The notes: a model not told the origin generated them from the sequence alone. Positions 9,039 through 18,288 are shown, counted from the first letter of the stretch. The stretch: 64,000 nucleotides of DNA from Candidatus Moraniibacteriota bacterium (GCA_043743535.1 JAYTWI010000020.1:10039-74038), one strand, 5' to 3'. A program made the numbers and translations.

Positions 9039-10074
9039 AGATTTCTAAGTGCTTTTTTATCTGTCTGCCAATCACAACCCCCAACTGAGGAGGAACTGCG
9101 TTACCAATATGCCTACTCAGTTTTGCACTAGGAAAATCCCCGAAATCATAATCAATAGGAAATGTCTGTAGTAATGCACCCTCACGTATTGAAAGTGCCC
9201 TGTTTTGTTCTGGATGTCCAAAACGTCCAGACCCATAACTTGTAAATTGCGTTGTGATTGTTGGTGACACGTCACCCCATCTCATTCGTCCATATACTGA
9301 AGTATATGTTTGCCCGCTATCTTTTTTGTAGCAGTCTGGCAATAGATTTTTATCCCAATCACGCCAAGTACCACCGGGTTTTGATTGAAGAATACGTTTC
9401 TTATTTATTGGCTCAAGCTTCTTTGCTTGGTGTAAATAATCCCTCTTTGATATTTCCCCCGCATCAATTCTCGGCAATTCACGAATAACGTCACCCACGG
9501 TAACATAATTATCCTTGGTATGCGTTTCTTTTGGTATTAAAATTTCGCCTAGTCTCGAAGCGAGCAAAATTAGACGGCTACGATTTTGTGGTATGCCGTA
9601 ATTTGGTGCATATACAACTTTCCAATCCACCTTATATCCAAGTTTTTTAAGTTTATTTACGAAGTTCTTAAATACATCTGTTGTCGTAACCCCACGAACG
9701 TTCTCCATTGAAACAATGTCTGGCTTAACAACTTTTATTCCACGGATAAAGTGATCAAGCAAGTTCCAGCGCTCATCCTTTGCATCTTTACGTAATTTAA
9801 AAGCATGAGAAGAAAAAGGTTGGCAGGGAGCACAGCCGACAAGCACCCGCACACTACCTTTTGAGTAAATTTTGTTTAACTCTTTAAAATCAAACTTCGA
9901 AATATCTGCTGATATAAACTTAGCTGCGTTGTTTTTCTCATACGCATAAGCGCACGACTCATCATTATCAAGACCAGCCAAGACTGATAATCCTGATTTT
10001 CTTAATCCGTATGTCAAACCACCTACTCCACTAAACAGATCAATGACTTCAATTTTTTTATCTTTTTTGCTCAT
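9028..10074 (-). CDS. DNA (cytosine-5)-methyltransferase (Dcm-type)
   Basis: Motif I DLFSGVGG, motif IV GCAPCQPFS, motif VI ENV, motif VIII QNRSR. Confidence 0.9.
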   Translation of the reverse strand: MSKKDKKIEVIDLFSGVGGLTYGLRKSGLSVLAGLDNDESCAYAYEKNNAAKFISADISKFDFKELNKIYSKGSVRVLVGCAPCQPFSSHAFKLRKDAKDERWNLLDHFIRGIKVVKPDIVSMENVRGVTTTDVFKNFVNKLKKLGYKVDWKVVYAPNYGIPQNRSRLILLASRLGEILIPKETHTKDNYVTVGDVIRELPRIDAGEISKRDYLHQAKKLEPINKKRILQSKPGGTWRDWDKNLLPDCYKKDSGQTYTSVYGRMRWGDVSPTITTQFTSYGSGRFGHPEQNRALSIREGALLQTFPIDYDFGDFPSAKLSRHIGNAVPPQLGVVIGRQIKKHLEIYGK

Positions 10075-10112
10075 GTGTCTTGTTTTTTAATTATACAACA
10101 TCGCAACATTTT

Positions 10113-11216
10113 TTATTTCCCGGACTTCGTTCGATTATCCTGCTTGCACAACATCTGGCAATTTTCTGCGGTGGTTTTTCCACCTTCGTGCCATGGATTG
10201 ATATGGTCGGCTTCCATTTCACTCAACTCAAAACTTTCCCCGCATTTCGTACAGATTCCTTTTTGTCTTTCGTATGATTCGCGCTTCATTTTGTCGTTGA
10301 AAGCGCGTATTGAGAGATGTCTTTCTTGTTTAGTGAAAAGAAAGGGATAGATACCAGACTTCTTCGTTACGTCATCGTCCTGCATCATTTTTGCGACCTC
10401 AATTTCTAGCTTTTCAGCATTCTGCTTCTTATCTTTAAATTGATTGTACAATTCACCCCAATTCACATTCGCCATTTCTTTGCGATGGTTAGAGAACGCC
10501 TTACGCACCCACGCTACAACATTTTGGAAATACTCCCACAGTTCGTCAGCTTTTTTATCATGCTGATGTTTCGCCATGTAATTAGCTACTTCACCACTAT
10601 TGATCCATGAAAGTGCCGTTTCCAAGTATTCTTGGCGGATTGGTGAACCCGTAAGCAACGCACCGCCGTCATTTGCCAAAAGGTAAGCAGCGCAATTTGA
10701 TTTACTAAATTTGAGTTTTGCGTCAGAGAGCCATGAGCCAGTATAAACAGCGTTGCGAAGTTCTTGATCGGTCAATTTTTCACCAGCGATATTGATAATC
10801 TTAAACCAATCAAGTTTCTCCTTGTCCGTACCTTCGCAGAAGTAGACCATCAATTCATAATCAAGAATCTGCTCCTGTTCCTCTTTGGTGAGATTGTGGA
10901 ACATCGCAAGGCGACCATTAAAATCCACCGAAAAATCACCGTTTGCAAATTGCCCAATACTGATTGTTCTTTGCTGCCCGTCCAGTACCTCGAAGCTATC
11001 TTCAGCAGTTTTTATCCAATACATTACGTTGAGCGGGAATCCTTTCTTGACGGTATCAATAACCGCGTCGCGCTGTTTGTCTTTATAAACAAACTCTCGT
11101 TGATATTTTGGACGGACATTAAGTTTCCCGCCGTAGGCAACAACACCTTCCTCGGCACTGTCTTTATAGCCTTCGACCACCTCACGGATTTTTATTTTAT
11201 GTAGTTCGATTTTCAT
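10113..11216 (-). CDS. DUF262 (ParB/GmrS-like)::HNH nuclease fusion (GmrSD/type-IV-restriction-like)
   Basis: N-terminal KYQREFVY…LDGQQR (DUF262 signature). C-terminal CTKCGES…ADHINPWHEGGKTTAENCQMLCKQDN (HNH with Zn-ligand Cys). Confidence 0.85.
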   Translation of the reverse strand: MKIELHKIKIREVVEGYKDSAEEGVVAYGGKLNVRPKYQREFVYKDKQRDAVIDTVKKGFPLNVMYWIKTAEDSFEVLDGQQRTISIGQFANGDFSVDFNGRLAMFHNLTKEEQEQILDYELMVYFCEGTDKEKLDWFKIINIAGEKLTDQELRNAVYTGSWLSDAKLKFSKSNCAAYLLANDGGALLTGSPIRQEYLETALSWINSGEVANYMAKHQHDKKADELWEYFQNVVAWVRKAFSNHRKEMANVNWGELYNQFKDKKQNAEKLEIEVAKMMQDDDVTKKSGIYPFLFTKQERHLSIRAFNDKMKRESYERQKGICTKCGESFELSEMEADHINPWHEGGKTTAENCQMLCKQDNRTKSGK

Positions 11217-11217
11217 A

Positions 11218-12321
11218 TTATTTTTTAGTTTTGATTAACAAACGAGTATACGTAGATTTAAGTTTTCCATTAACTTTAATCACGGTACCTCTATTCAAAT
11301 CGTTATATTCTGGTGAATCTTTTTGTGTGTACAACTTAGTCCGATACTCATAGTTAGGGTCTCTATTATCTGACATTCCCAAAATTTCAAATTGATTTGG
11401 GTTATATTTATCGAGGAAAGTTATTGGAACGCCCATTACACGCTTATAATCCATTGGAATTTCAGAAACTTTTGAGACTTCTATCGCTCCATAGTTGTCA
11501 TATTGAGGAAATTCTTTAGGTGAGTATTTTTTATAGAGCGTTAATAATTCATGTCGTTTGGCTACATCAAGATTTGTAAACCAACCAATATTACCAAATT
11601 TCCTGATCGTTTTATCCGGCTGCATGAATTCTTTCAATCTGCCATACCCAGGCCATAATTTATTTTCTTGAACTAATTTAAAAATGTCTTGATACTTTCT
11701 TGCATTGTCATTTCCGACAATCAGAAATTTCTTTTTATATTTAACTAACTGAGCAACGTATTCACGAAAGAGCGAGAATGGCGGATTTGTTACCACAATG
11801 TCAGCTTGCCGCAGTAGTTCAATACTTTCTTCGCTTCGAAAGTCTCCCTCGTCTTTGAGCGGAATCCATTCATTGTTTTTATTCGCCTTGAGTTGCTCGG
11901 CAATATCACGTAGATCAAATGCACCATCGCCGTCTATATCCGACACATCATTGATAATAAATTTGTTGGCGGTTACCTTTGGTCTACCCTTTGGTTCCGC
12001 TGGCTTACTCACAACCTTATCTTCGTAGCCAGGAAGAAGTGATGGCTGCAATACAAGCTCTGTATTGGCAATCCGTGAGCGCTTGTAACTCGTAGCGATG
12101 AGCCTTTTTAATCCAAGTTCTTTGAAGTTACTCGCAAAGTATTTGAAGAAATTACTCTCGAATGGGTCATCACAGTTGCAATACACTACTTTTCCACGAA
12201 ACTGCTCTTTGTAGTGCTTTACTTCTTTTTCAATATCAGAAAGCTGAGTATAGAACTCGTCGTTCTTTACCTTGGCTGCTCGGTGTAAGTTTGAATTTGA
12301 AGACTCAGTTTTCATAATCAT
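11218..12321 (-). CDS. N6-adenine DNA methyltransferase, EcoRI-methylase-like family (putative)
   Basis: N-terminal DEFYTQ, VVYCNCDDP…NFFKYF, motif IV DIVVTNPPFSLFREY. From memory it resembles M.EcoRI-family proteins; not verified. 1-nt gap to the downstream gene. Confidence 0.75.
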   Translation of the reverse strand: MIMKTESSNSNLHRAAKVKNDEFYTQLSDIEKEVKHYKEQFRGKVVYCNCDDPFESNFFKYFASNFKELGLKRLIATSYKRSRIANTELVLQPSLLPGYEDKVVSKPAEPKGRPKVTANKFIINDVSDIDGDGAFDLRDIAEQLKANKNNEWIPLKDEGDFRSEESIELLRQADIVVTNPPFSLFREYVAQLVKYKKKFLIVGNDNARKYQDIFKLVQENKLWPGYGRLKEFMQPDKTIRKFGNIGWFTNLDVAKRHELLTLYKKYSPKEFPQYDNYGAIEVSKVSEIPMDYKRVMGVPITFLDKYNPNQFEILGMSDNRDPNYEYRTKLYTQKDSPEYNDLNRGTVIKVNGKLKSTYTRLLIKTKK

Positions 12322-12464
12322 TTCTGTATCAAATCATCAACTTTGACTTTTCAGCTCTGATTTTCTTACCAAACTTGTCTTGCTTTGATTTAAGTTCGAA
12401 ATCTTCAGAACATTTTGAGAAGCACTTGTGTAATTTACCGCAAGCTTTTCATCAAAAGTAAGTC

Positions 12465-13319
12465 TCATGTATTTTTTGACTTTAGCTTTTGTGACTTTCG
12501 CGGTTCTGGTAAATAATTTTCACGAGAAGATATTTTCTTACCGCTCTTGAGCTCAAGTTGCCTCCGAGCATCTCCCGCGATATCGCCACCCGCTTTTGCA
12601 ACAGATTTATTTTCGAGAAAACCTTGTGCGTTTTTGTTGCGAGCGATTTCTGTCGTTGAAGCTTCCCCGAGCATGGTGAAAATGAGCTCGAGATCATTCA
12701 TGTGGTCACGCAAATTTTCCCGTTTCAATCCTTTGAGTTTATGGTATTGACTCGGAGTCATCCCAAATGTTGCCTTTGAAATTTCGGCGGTGAGGATTGC
12801 ATATTCTTGTCCTTCTTTTACTCCACGTTTTTTCCATTCACCTGCAAGTGTCTCGCGTACCTCAATACCACGCATTCGTTTTTCAATCCATGCTTCAGAA
12901 TATCCCTTAGCTTTATATATTGCTCGCGTGCGCTTTGTGGCAAGTTCTGGATTTTCTATCTCTTCAATTCGCTCATAACCAACTCGTGCCAGCCAGCGTT
13001 TGAAAGGTTCGGCTTTAGGAGAAGAAATTGATTGTATTATACGAAAAATTCCTTCTGTATTTGCACAGTTTAGTTTTTGTGGACCTCCTGCCGTATCTAC
13101 GGAAAGGGGGGTGGCAATTTGCCCCCACCCTTCAGAGAGTTCTTTGTCACGCCTACGCATGTCCTTAATGTATCCTTTTGGTTGAACAGAGTCTGTTAAA
13201 ACTGCCACGACATCTTCAATAACAAACCACCATTCGTTTTTATAAAGAGCCTTGCGCACTTCCTTCTTTTGAAAAATTGCGATTTTGGTAATGGTTTGGT
13301 TTTGTGTTGTCATAATCAT
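12465..13319 (-). CDS. Bro-N domain protein (DinD / phage anti-repressor-like)
   Basis: N-terminus …NEWWFVIEDVVAVLTDSVQPKGYIKDMRRRDKEL… fits the Bro-N fold pattern. Charged C-terminal half. Confidence 0.55.
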   Translation of the reverse strand: MIMTTQNQTITKIAIFQKKEVRKALYKNEWWFVIEDVVAVLTDSVQPKGYIKDMRRRDKELSEGWGQIATPLSVDTAGGPQKLNCANTEGIFRIIQSISSPKAEPFKRWLARVGYERIEEIENPELATKRTRAIYKAKGYSEAWIEKRMRGIEVRETLAGEWKKRGVKEGQEYAILTAEISKATFGMTPSQYHKLKGLKRENLRDHMNDLELIFTMLGEASTTEIARNKNAQGFLENKSVAKAGGDIAGDARRQLELKSGKKISSRENYLPEPRKSQKLKSKNT

Positions 13320-13465
13320 TTCAAAAGTTGATCTACGCTCACCCCAAGTACTTTCGAGACCTTTTCCATTGTGCTCAGTGTAAGATTTTGTTTGCCGTTC
13401 TCAACATTACTGATATATGCCCTATCTAAACCTAACGCTCGGGGAAATTTGAATTCCGAATTTTG

Positions 13466-13484
13466 GCGGAAGAGGAGGGATTCG
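13466..13484. repeat. 19-nt direct repeat of the tRNA-Ser 3' end (possible att remnant)
   Basis: gcggaagaggagggattcg is identical to 13634..13652, the T-arm/acceptor 3' half of the tRNA. Confidence 0.6.
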
Positions 13485-13634
13485 GTCACGAATATTTTTT
13501 GTGCCGACGCCCAAAAAATTTCTCGACCTCGCCTCGCGGCCAGACGTGCTCGTCTGGCATCGCTGTGGCCTTCTCATCCCTCTCGAAAGCCAAGCAGTTG
13601 GCTTTCTCTCTTGCCTCGTTCACTACGTTCACTG

Positions 13635-13721
13635 CGGAAGAGGAGGGATTCGAACCCTCGGTACGGTTTCCCGCACGCTTGCTTTCCAAGCAAGTACCTT
13701 AAGCCGCTCGGCCACCCTTCC
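13635..13721 (-). tRNA. tRNA-Ser (anticodon GGA)
   Basis: Hand-folded cloverleaf. Acceptor GGAAGGG/CTCTTCC, anticodon stem CTTGC/GCAAG with loop TTGGAAA, long variable arm, T-arm GAGGG-TTCGAAT-CCCTC, discriminator G. CCA not encoded. Confidence 0.85.
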
Positions 13722-13755
13722 CTGTTGTGAAGCCTTCCTTCACAAGAGTTTTATC

Positions 13756-15183
13756 CTATCGTATCTCGCGGATTCCCACAAGTTTGAGCACGTCCTGACC
13801 CGGGGTGCGACCGTGAAAGACCACTACCTGATCGCCAGACGACAGTTTCCCCTCTTTCTTCACCTCTTTCATCATTTGTTCGATCAATATGTCCGGTTTG
13901 CGATCGTTCTCGAAAAGGTAGGGATCGATCCCCCACACCAAAGAAAGTTCGTTGTACGTAGCCCGAGAATGAGTGGCCACAAAGAGGCGACTCTCGGGTC
14001 GGAAATGTGAGAGGAGGCGGGCAGTGGCACCGCTATCTGAAAAAAGGAAAATGGCTTTGACCCGGAAGCTCTTGGCCAATTCGTAGACACTGCGGAGCAT
14101 CGTCGCCTCCTCATTCTTGAAATTGAGATCGAGCGCCTTGTACAGATCATCGAAAGGTGACTCCTCAGTTTTTTCGATAATCTCGCTCATCATCGCAATA
14201 GTCTCGACGGGGTACTTGCCCATCGCTGACTCTTCCGAGAGCATGAGCGCATCGGCATGATCGATCACCGCGTTCGAGACGTCACTCACTTCGGCGCGGG
14301 TGGGGCGCAAATTGTCCGTCATACTCTTCATCATTTGTGTTGCCACGATTACCGGCTTGCCGGCTTTCAGGCTCTCGGCAATAATCGTTTTCTGCAAGAG
14401 CACTACTTCGCTTTCCGGCATCTCGATACCGAGGTCGCCACGCGCTACCATCACCGCATCAGTCGCTTTGACCAGGCTCTTCAAATTATGGATGGCTTCT
14501 TTGCGTTCGATCTTGGCCACAATTTTCGGGAAAGCTCCCCCCTCACCCAAAACCTTTTTCATTTCCGCCCGCACACAAGCGATATCTTCCACTGAACCGA
14601 CGAATGACAGCCCGATGAAATTGACGCCTTCTTTCAGTACAAAGGCCAAATCTTTCTTGTCTTTCTCGGAAAGAATATCGAGTTTCAATTTCGAATCAGG
14701 GAGAATGACACCTTTGCGATCCTTGAGTGTACCCGTACCCTTGGCTTCGGCCAAAACAAAATCTTTTTCTTTGGCTGTAACCGTTAGTTCTATCAACCCA
14801 TCCTCGATCAAAATAGCATGGCCGACCGCCACCCCGTCGATGATCCCCGCCATATCCAAAAGTACCAATGGTTCATTCCCTTCTCCCAGTATGTCTTTTT
14901 TGGCCACATCACTTACCCTCACCACCGTCCCCTGTTTGAGAGCGATTGTTTCACTGACACCCGTACGGATGCGTGGACCCTGTAGATCAGCCAGAATACC
15001 GATCGAGGTATGCAATTCTTCGGCCACTTCACGCACCCGGTTGATCACTTCTTTGTGCCAAGCGTATTCACCGTGAGAAAAATTAAGCCGCACCACATTC
15101 ATCCCGGCCGCTATCATCTGACGCAATACTTCTTTGGACTCGGAAGCAGGTCCGATAGTAGCCACGATTTTTGTTTGTTTCAT
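13756..15183 (-). CDS. pyk: pyruvate kinase
   Basis: MKQTKIVATIGPAS…MNVVRLNFSHG…LADLQGPRIRTG are canonical PK motifs. Confidence 0.95.
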   Translation of the reverse strand: MKQTKIVATIGPASESKEVLRQMIAAGMNVVRLNFSHGEYAWHKEVINRVREVAEELHTSIGILADLQGPRIRTGVSETIALKQGTVVRVSDVAKKDILGEGNEPLVLLDMAGIIDGVAVGHAILIEDGLIELTVTAKEKDFVLAEAKGTGTLKDRKGVILPDSKLKLDILSEKDKKDLAFVLKEGVNFIGLSFVGSVEDIACVRAEMKKVLGEGGAFPKIVAKIERKEAIHNLKSLVKATDAVMVARGDLGIEMPESEVVLLQKTIIAESLKAGKPVIVATQMMKSMTDNLRPTRAEVSDVSNAVIDHADALMLSEESAMGKYPVETIAMMSEIIEKTEESPFDDLYKALDLNFKNEEATMLRSVYELAKSFRVKAIFLFSDSGATARLLSHFRPESRLFVATHSRATYNELSLVWGIDPYLFENDRKPDILIEQMMKEVKKEGKLSSGDQVVVFHGRTPGQDVLKLVGIREIR

Positions 15184-15342
15184 AGAGAGACATTTTTATA
15201 TTTTTTAATCCACTGCCATCGCTTACCTTATTAGTATACCTGAAAATTGATAATTTGTTCAGAAAAAATCCCTAGAAATTTGAAAGGCCCGTCTTACGAT
15301 GTAAGAGGGCCATTCTTCTTGAGGGGGATTACCCCTCGTCTT

Positions 15343-15612
15343 TCACCTGCCACGACACGTGCGGTAGCTGTGGGGGCAGCGCGCCACCCACACCGGCGGC
15401 GGAGAGTACCACCGGCCGCCCATCATGTATGGATCAGGGTAGTACTGGTACGGCAGTACCTGTACCGGTGTGATCACGACCGCGGTCGTATCTTCCCGGC
15501 CGACTTCCTTGCCAGTGGCATCACGTGTCACCTTCGACACGCTCTGGTAGCTGACGCAGCCAGTGAGGCTAACAAAGAGGGCGATCAGGGTAAAACGGGT
15601 AATGGTGAACAT
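15343..15612 (-). CDS. small lipoprotein (Tyr/Pro/Trp-rich C-terminus), hypothetical
   Basis: Internal ATG gives MFTITRFTLIALFVSLTGC, a lipoprotein signal with lipobox LTGC. Confidence 0.5.
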   Translation of the reverse strand: MFTITRFTLIALFVSLTGCVSYQSVSKVTRDATGKEVGREDTTAVVITPVQVLPYQYYPDPYMMGGRWYSPPPVWVARCPHSYRTCRGR

Positions 15613-15830
15613 GAAACTCTCCTGGTGAAAATGGACTCGTGGAGCCCGGACTGGGGTTTGTTCAGAGTCTTTACTACTCTGTAACGATTTATAATACACC
15701 CAAATCGGTTTTTTGTCAAGACCTTGAGAAAAATTATTGGCTTAAATAAGGCATTATTTACATTTCTAAAACAACAAAAAATCCCGCACTTACGGGACTT
15801 CTTGTTTCCTCGAAAAATTACTCTCTATGT

Positions 15831-16226
15831 TCAGATATTGAGCTTCTTGACCGCATCTTTGACCACAGGAATAGCCCAGGCCTCCCCGGAAAGCGTCTTG
15901 ATCAGTGCCCTGACATCAACGACAAAGAGCACCAAACCAGCTATCCACCCGAAAAGCGGGATCCAAAAAACGAACGAACCGATGAAGAACGCCACAGAAA
16001 GAACCAAACCCTGCTTGGCATGAAATTGAGCGAACGGGCTATCTTTCTTCACCAAAAGTGGCACCAAAAAAAGAATGCCAATGTAGGAAAGGGCAGCCAC
16101 CAATTTATTGTCTGCCACATCCTGTAGAGAAAAAACTTCGGTCGCTACAGGAGCGGTCATAGGCGTTGCTACCGGTTCAGATGATTTCTCCTCTGTCACG
16201 GCGCCATAATTTTTCACTGGTTCCAT
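15831..16226 (-). CDS. small multi-TM membrane protein (DUF4870-like), hypothetical
   Basis: Three predicted TM helices. FAQFHAKQG motif. Confidence 0.45.
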   Translation of the reverse strand: MEPVKNYGAVTEEKSSEPVATPMTAPVATEVFSLQDVADNKLVAALSYIGILFLVPLLVKKDSPFAQFHAKQGLVLSVAFFIGSFVFWIPLFGWIAGLVLFVVDVRALIKTLSGEAWAIPVVKDAVKKLNI

Positions 16227-16255
16227 AGACGTATGATTATGTTACAACTTACACC

Positions 16256-16717
16256 TTACACTTCTAGTATACCGCTCTCAGCGAGCTCCTGCAAAATCTC
16301 CTGTGGGATGGGACTCCGTTTGGGACTGACTCCCGGATAGCGCCAAGTACTGATGATCTTAACTTTTGGTGGTGACAATATGAATGCTCGCCCATTTGCA
16401 GTGACTGTACCCTGATCATTTTTTCCTTTGGTGACATACATCACCCAGATTTCTTGTTTCCATGTCTCTTTGCCATTTACGGTCTTGGCAGAAACGGGTT
16501 GCATCACCGCCACGGTCTTAGGCGCGATGCCTACTTCAGTACGCCGTGGATGACGGATCACGCCACGCACTTTTTGCTCGCTTAATCCGTACTGTTTCAT
16601 CTTGTAGAGGGCGTGGGTCGTAAACTGAAAGGCGCCGGTCGGAGACAACTTTTGTTTCTCTCGAGCCTGAAAACGCGCCTTGGCCTTGCGCACAAATTCC
16701 TGGTAAGGCGACGGCAT
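16256..16717 (-). CDS. hypothetical protein
   Basis: ORF only. Weak resemblance to RelE-fold DUF4258 (…HALYKMKQYGLSEQKV…). Not asserted. Confidence 0.4.
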   Translation of the reverse strand: MPSPYQEFVRKAKARFQAREKQKLSPTGAFQFTTHALYKMKQYGLSEQKVRGVIRHPRRTEVGIAPKTVAVMQPVSAKTVNGKETWKQEIWVMYVTKGKNDQGTVTANGRAFILSPPKVKIISTWRYPGVSPKRSPIPQEILQELAESGILEV

Positions 16718-16718
16718 A

Positions 16719-17609
16719 CTATTTCATCTCCATCCCCCGCAAGGCCGCGATGCGCTCCGCAATGGGCGGATGAGTCATAAACAGTTTGGAAATAGTTTTT
16801 CCTTTGAAGGGATTGGCGATATAGAGCGGGGCGGTGGCGCGATTGGCCACTTCGAGCGGCTCTGTATCGGCAGCAATTTTTTCCAAAGCGCGTGCCAACC
16901 CTTCGGGGTAGCGGGTGAGGAGCGCGCCCGAGGCATCGGCTAATGATTCGCGCTTACGTGAAATAGCGAGCTGCATGAGCCAGGCGGCGAGCGGAGCCAA
17001 GATGGAGAGAATAATACCGAGAATCATAAACAACCCCTGAGAGCCGCCCCGGTCTTCGCGGTCACGCCCGCCAAAAAAAGCGAAGTTCCGAAACCAATCA
17101 GCCAGAAGAGCGATGAAGCCCACCAGAATCACTACTACTGTCGAAAGAAGCGTGTCGCGATTGCCAATATGTGATAGTTCGTGGGCGATTACCCCTTCTA
17201 GTTCCGTTTTTTCCAACGAAGCGATGATGCCGGTAGTGAGACAGATCACTCCGTGCTCCGGATCACGCCCCGTGGCAAAGGCATTCAAGGCACTGTCCTC
17301 GGTAATATATATCTTGGGCATCGGTAACCCAGCAGTGATGGCGAGATTCTCTACCAAGCGATAGACCTCTTTATTCTCGGCAAATGACAGTTCGTGGGCG
17401 TTACTCATCGACAGGACAATGCGGTCACTAAACCAATACGAAGCGACGCTCATCCCAATCGAAAAGAGCACGGCGATGTAGAGGACGGTGCTCGAATGCA
17501 TAGCGCCGGCAAAGACGTACCCAACGCCGATACAAAACACCAAAAAAACGCTGATGTACGCCCACGTCAGGCGGATATTTTTGTCGTACTGATTATATAA
17601 TGTGGCCAT
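16719..17609 (-). CDS. htpX: zinc metalloprotease HtpX (M48)
   Basis: HELSHIGNRD (HExxH) plus typical HtpX TM arrangement. Confidence 0.9.
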   Translation of the reverse strand: MATLYNQYDKNIRLTWAYISVFLVFCIGVGYVFAGAMHSSTVLYIAVLFSIGMSVASYWFSDRIVLSMSNAHELSFAENKEVYRLVENLAITAGLPMPKIYITEDSALNAFATGRDPEHGVICLTTGIIASLEKTELEGVIAHELSHIGNRDTLLSTVVVILVGFIALLADWFRNFAFFGGRDREDRGGSQGLFMILGIILSILAPLAAWLMQLAISRKRESLADASGALLTRYPEGLARALEKIAADTEPLEVANRATAPLYIANPFKGKTISKLFMTHPPIAERIAALRGMEMK

Positions 17610-17613
17610 ATTT

Positions 17614-18204
17614 TTAGCGGTTATGACTTGTGGAGAGATTATCCCACCATTCTGAAGGCGAAACTTGGTACAGTTGTTTGCCCAATTTCACTGCACTCGG
17701 CAAAGTCAATCTTTTCAATGGCGCATTGCCACGTTTGTCTTTACCCTTCAACCACAGTGTCGCCTCCTTGTTACCCTGCCATTCGTATTCGCGCAAGAGA
17801 AGAATTTGATCCAACAGATCAGCATTCTTGGTAATAATCGCTTCCTTGGAGGTTCGAACCATATACTCCGCACTCAAATCTTTCAAATCATCAAAGGGTA
17901 GCATATCGAGCTGTTCCCTACTCACTTCGTCTTCAAATATTTTTACGTAGCGTTTGTGCACCCAGTTGTGATCGCCCGTGCGTGCTTCCCCCATATCATG
18001 GAGAAGCGCCATCATCACCACCTTGTACGGATCTGCTTTTTCAATCTTGGCCAGAAACCAAGCAATCATGGCGACACGGAAAGAATGGGAGGCGATAGTG
18101 TCCGACGTATCATCAGACAGAAGCATCTGCCGATGCATGCGCGGCAATTTGCGCATGGTGCCGATTTCGTACAAAAAGTTGGTGATGCGGGAATAGCGAT
18201 CCAT
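17614..18204 (-). CDS. HD-domain phosphohydrolase (YfbR-like 5'-nucleotidase family)
   Basis: HSFRVAMIAW…LLHDMGEARTGD is the HD motif. Confidence 0.8.
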   Translation of the reverse strand: MDRYSRITNFLYEIGTMRKLPRMHRQMLLSDDTSDTIASHSFRVAMIAWFLAKIEKADPYKVVMMALLHDMGEARTGDHNWVHKRYVKIFEDEVSREQLDMLPFDDLKDLSAEYMVRTSKEAIITKNADLLDQILLLREYEWQGNKEATLWLKGKDKRGNAPLKRLTLPSAVKLGKQLYQVSPSEWWDNLSTSHNR

Positions 18205-18288
18205 AATGGTCAGAGGGTAAAGAAGTGACGCCCCCTATTTATCGAGTGCGCCACCAGTATAGCCATTTTTTCACCACCTGTACAGTAG

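Larger units (their letters stand above)
7338..13319 (-). other. AT-rich defence/R-M island (5 co-oriented genes) adjacent to tRNA-Ser
   Basis: Visibly lower GC than the flanks. All genes are on the minus strand with overlaps or 1-40 nt gaps. Ends next to a tRNA gene. Confidence 0.5.

Noticed and set aside
13371-14010. Several plus- and minus-strand ORFs (13371..13730, 13463..13702, 13486..13689, 13501..14010) across the tRNA region
   Set aside because: They overlap the tRNA-Ser gene and the 3' end of pyk on the opposite strand. They have no domain similarity.
14300-15076. 258-aa plus-strand ORF opposite pyruvate kinase
   Set aside because: Antisense to a very confidently identified pyk gene. 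Ser/Thr-rich, with no motifs.
16256-16717. Possible RelE-fold DUF4258 toxin
   Set aside because: Resemblance rests on a short H-A-x-x-x-M-x-x-x-G-L-S stretch only. No adjacent antitoxin-sized partner could be identified. Left as hypothetical.
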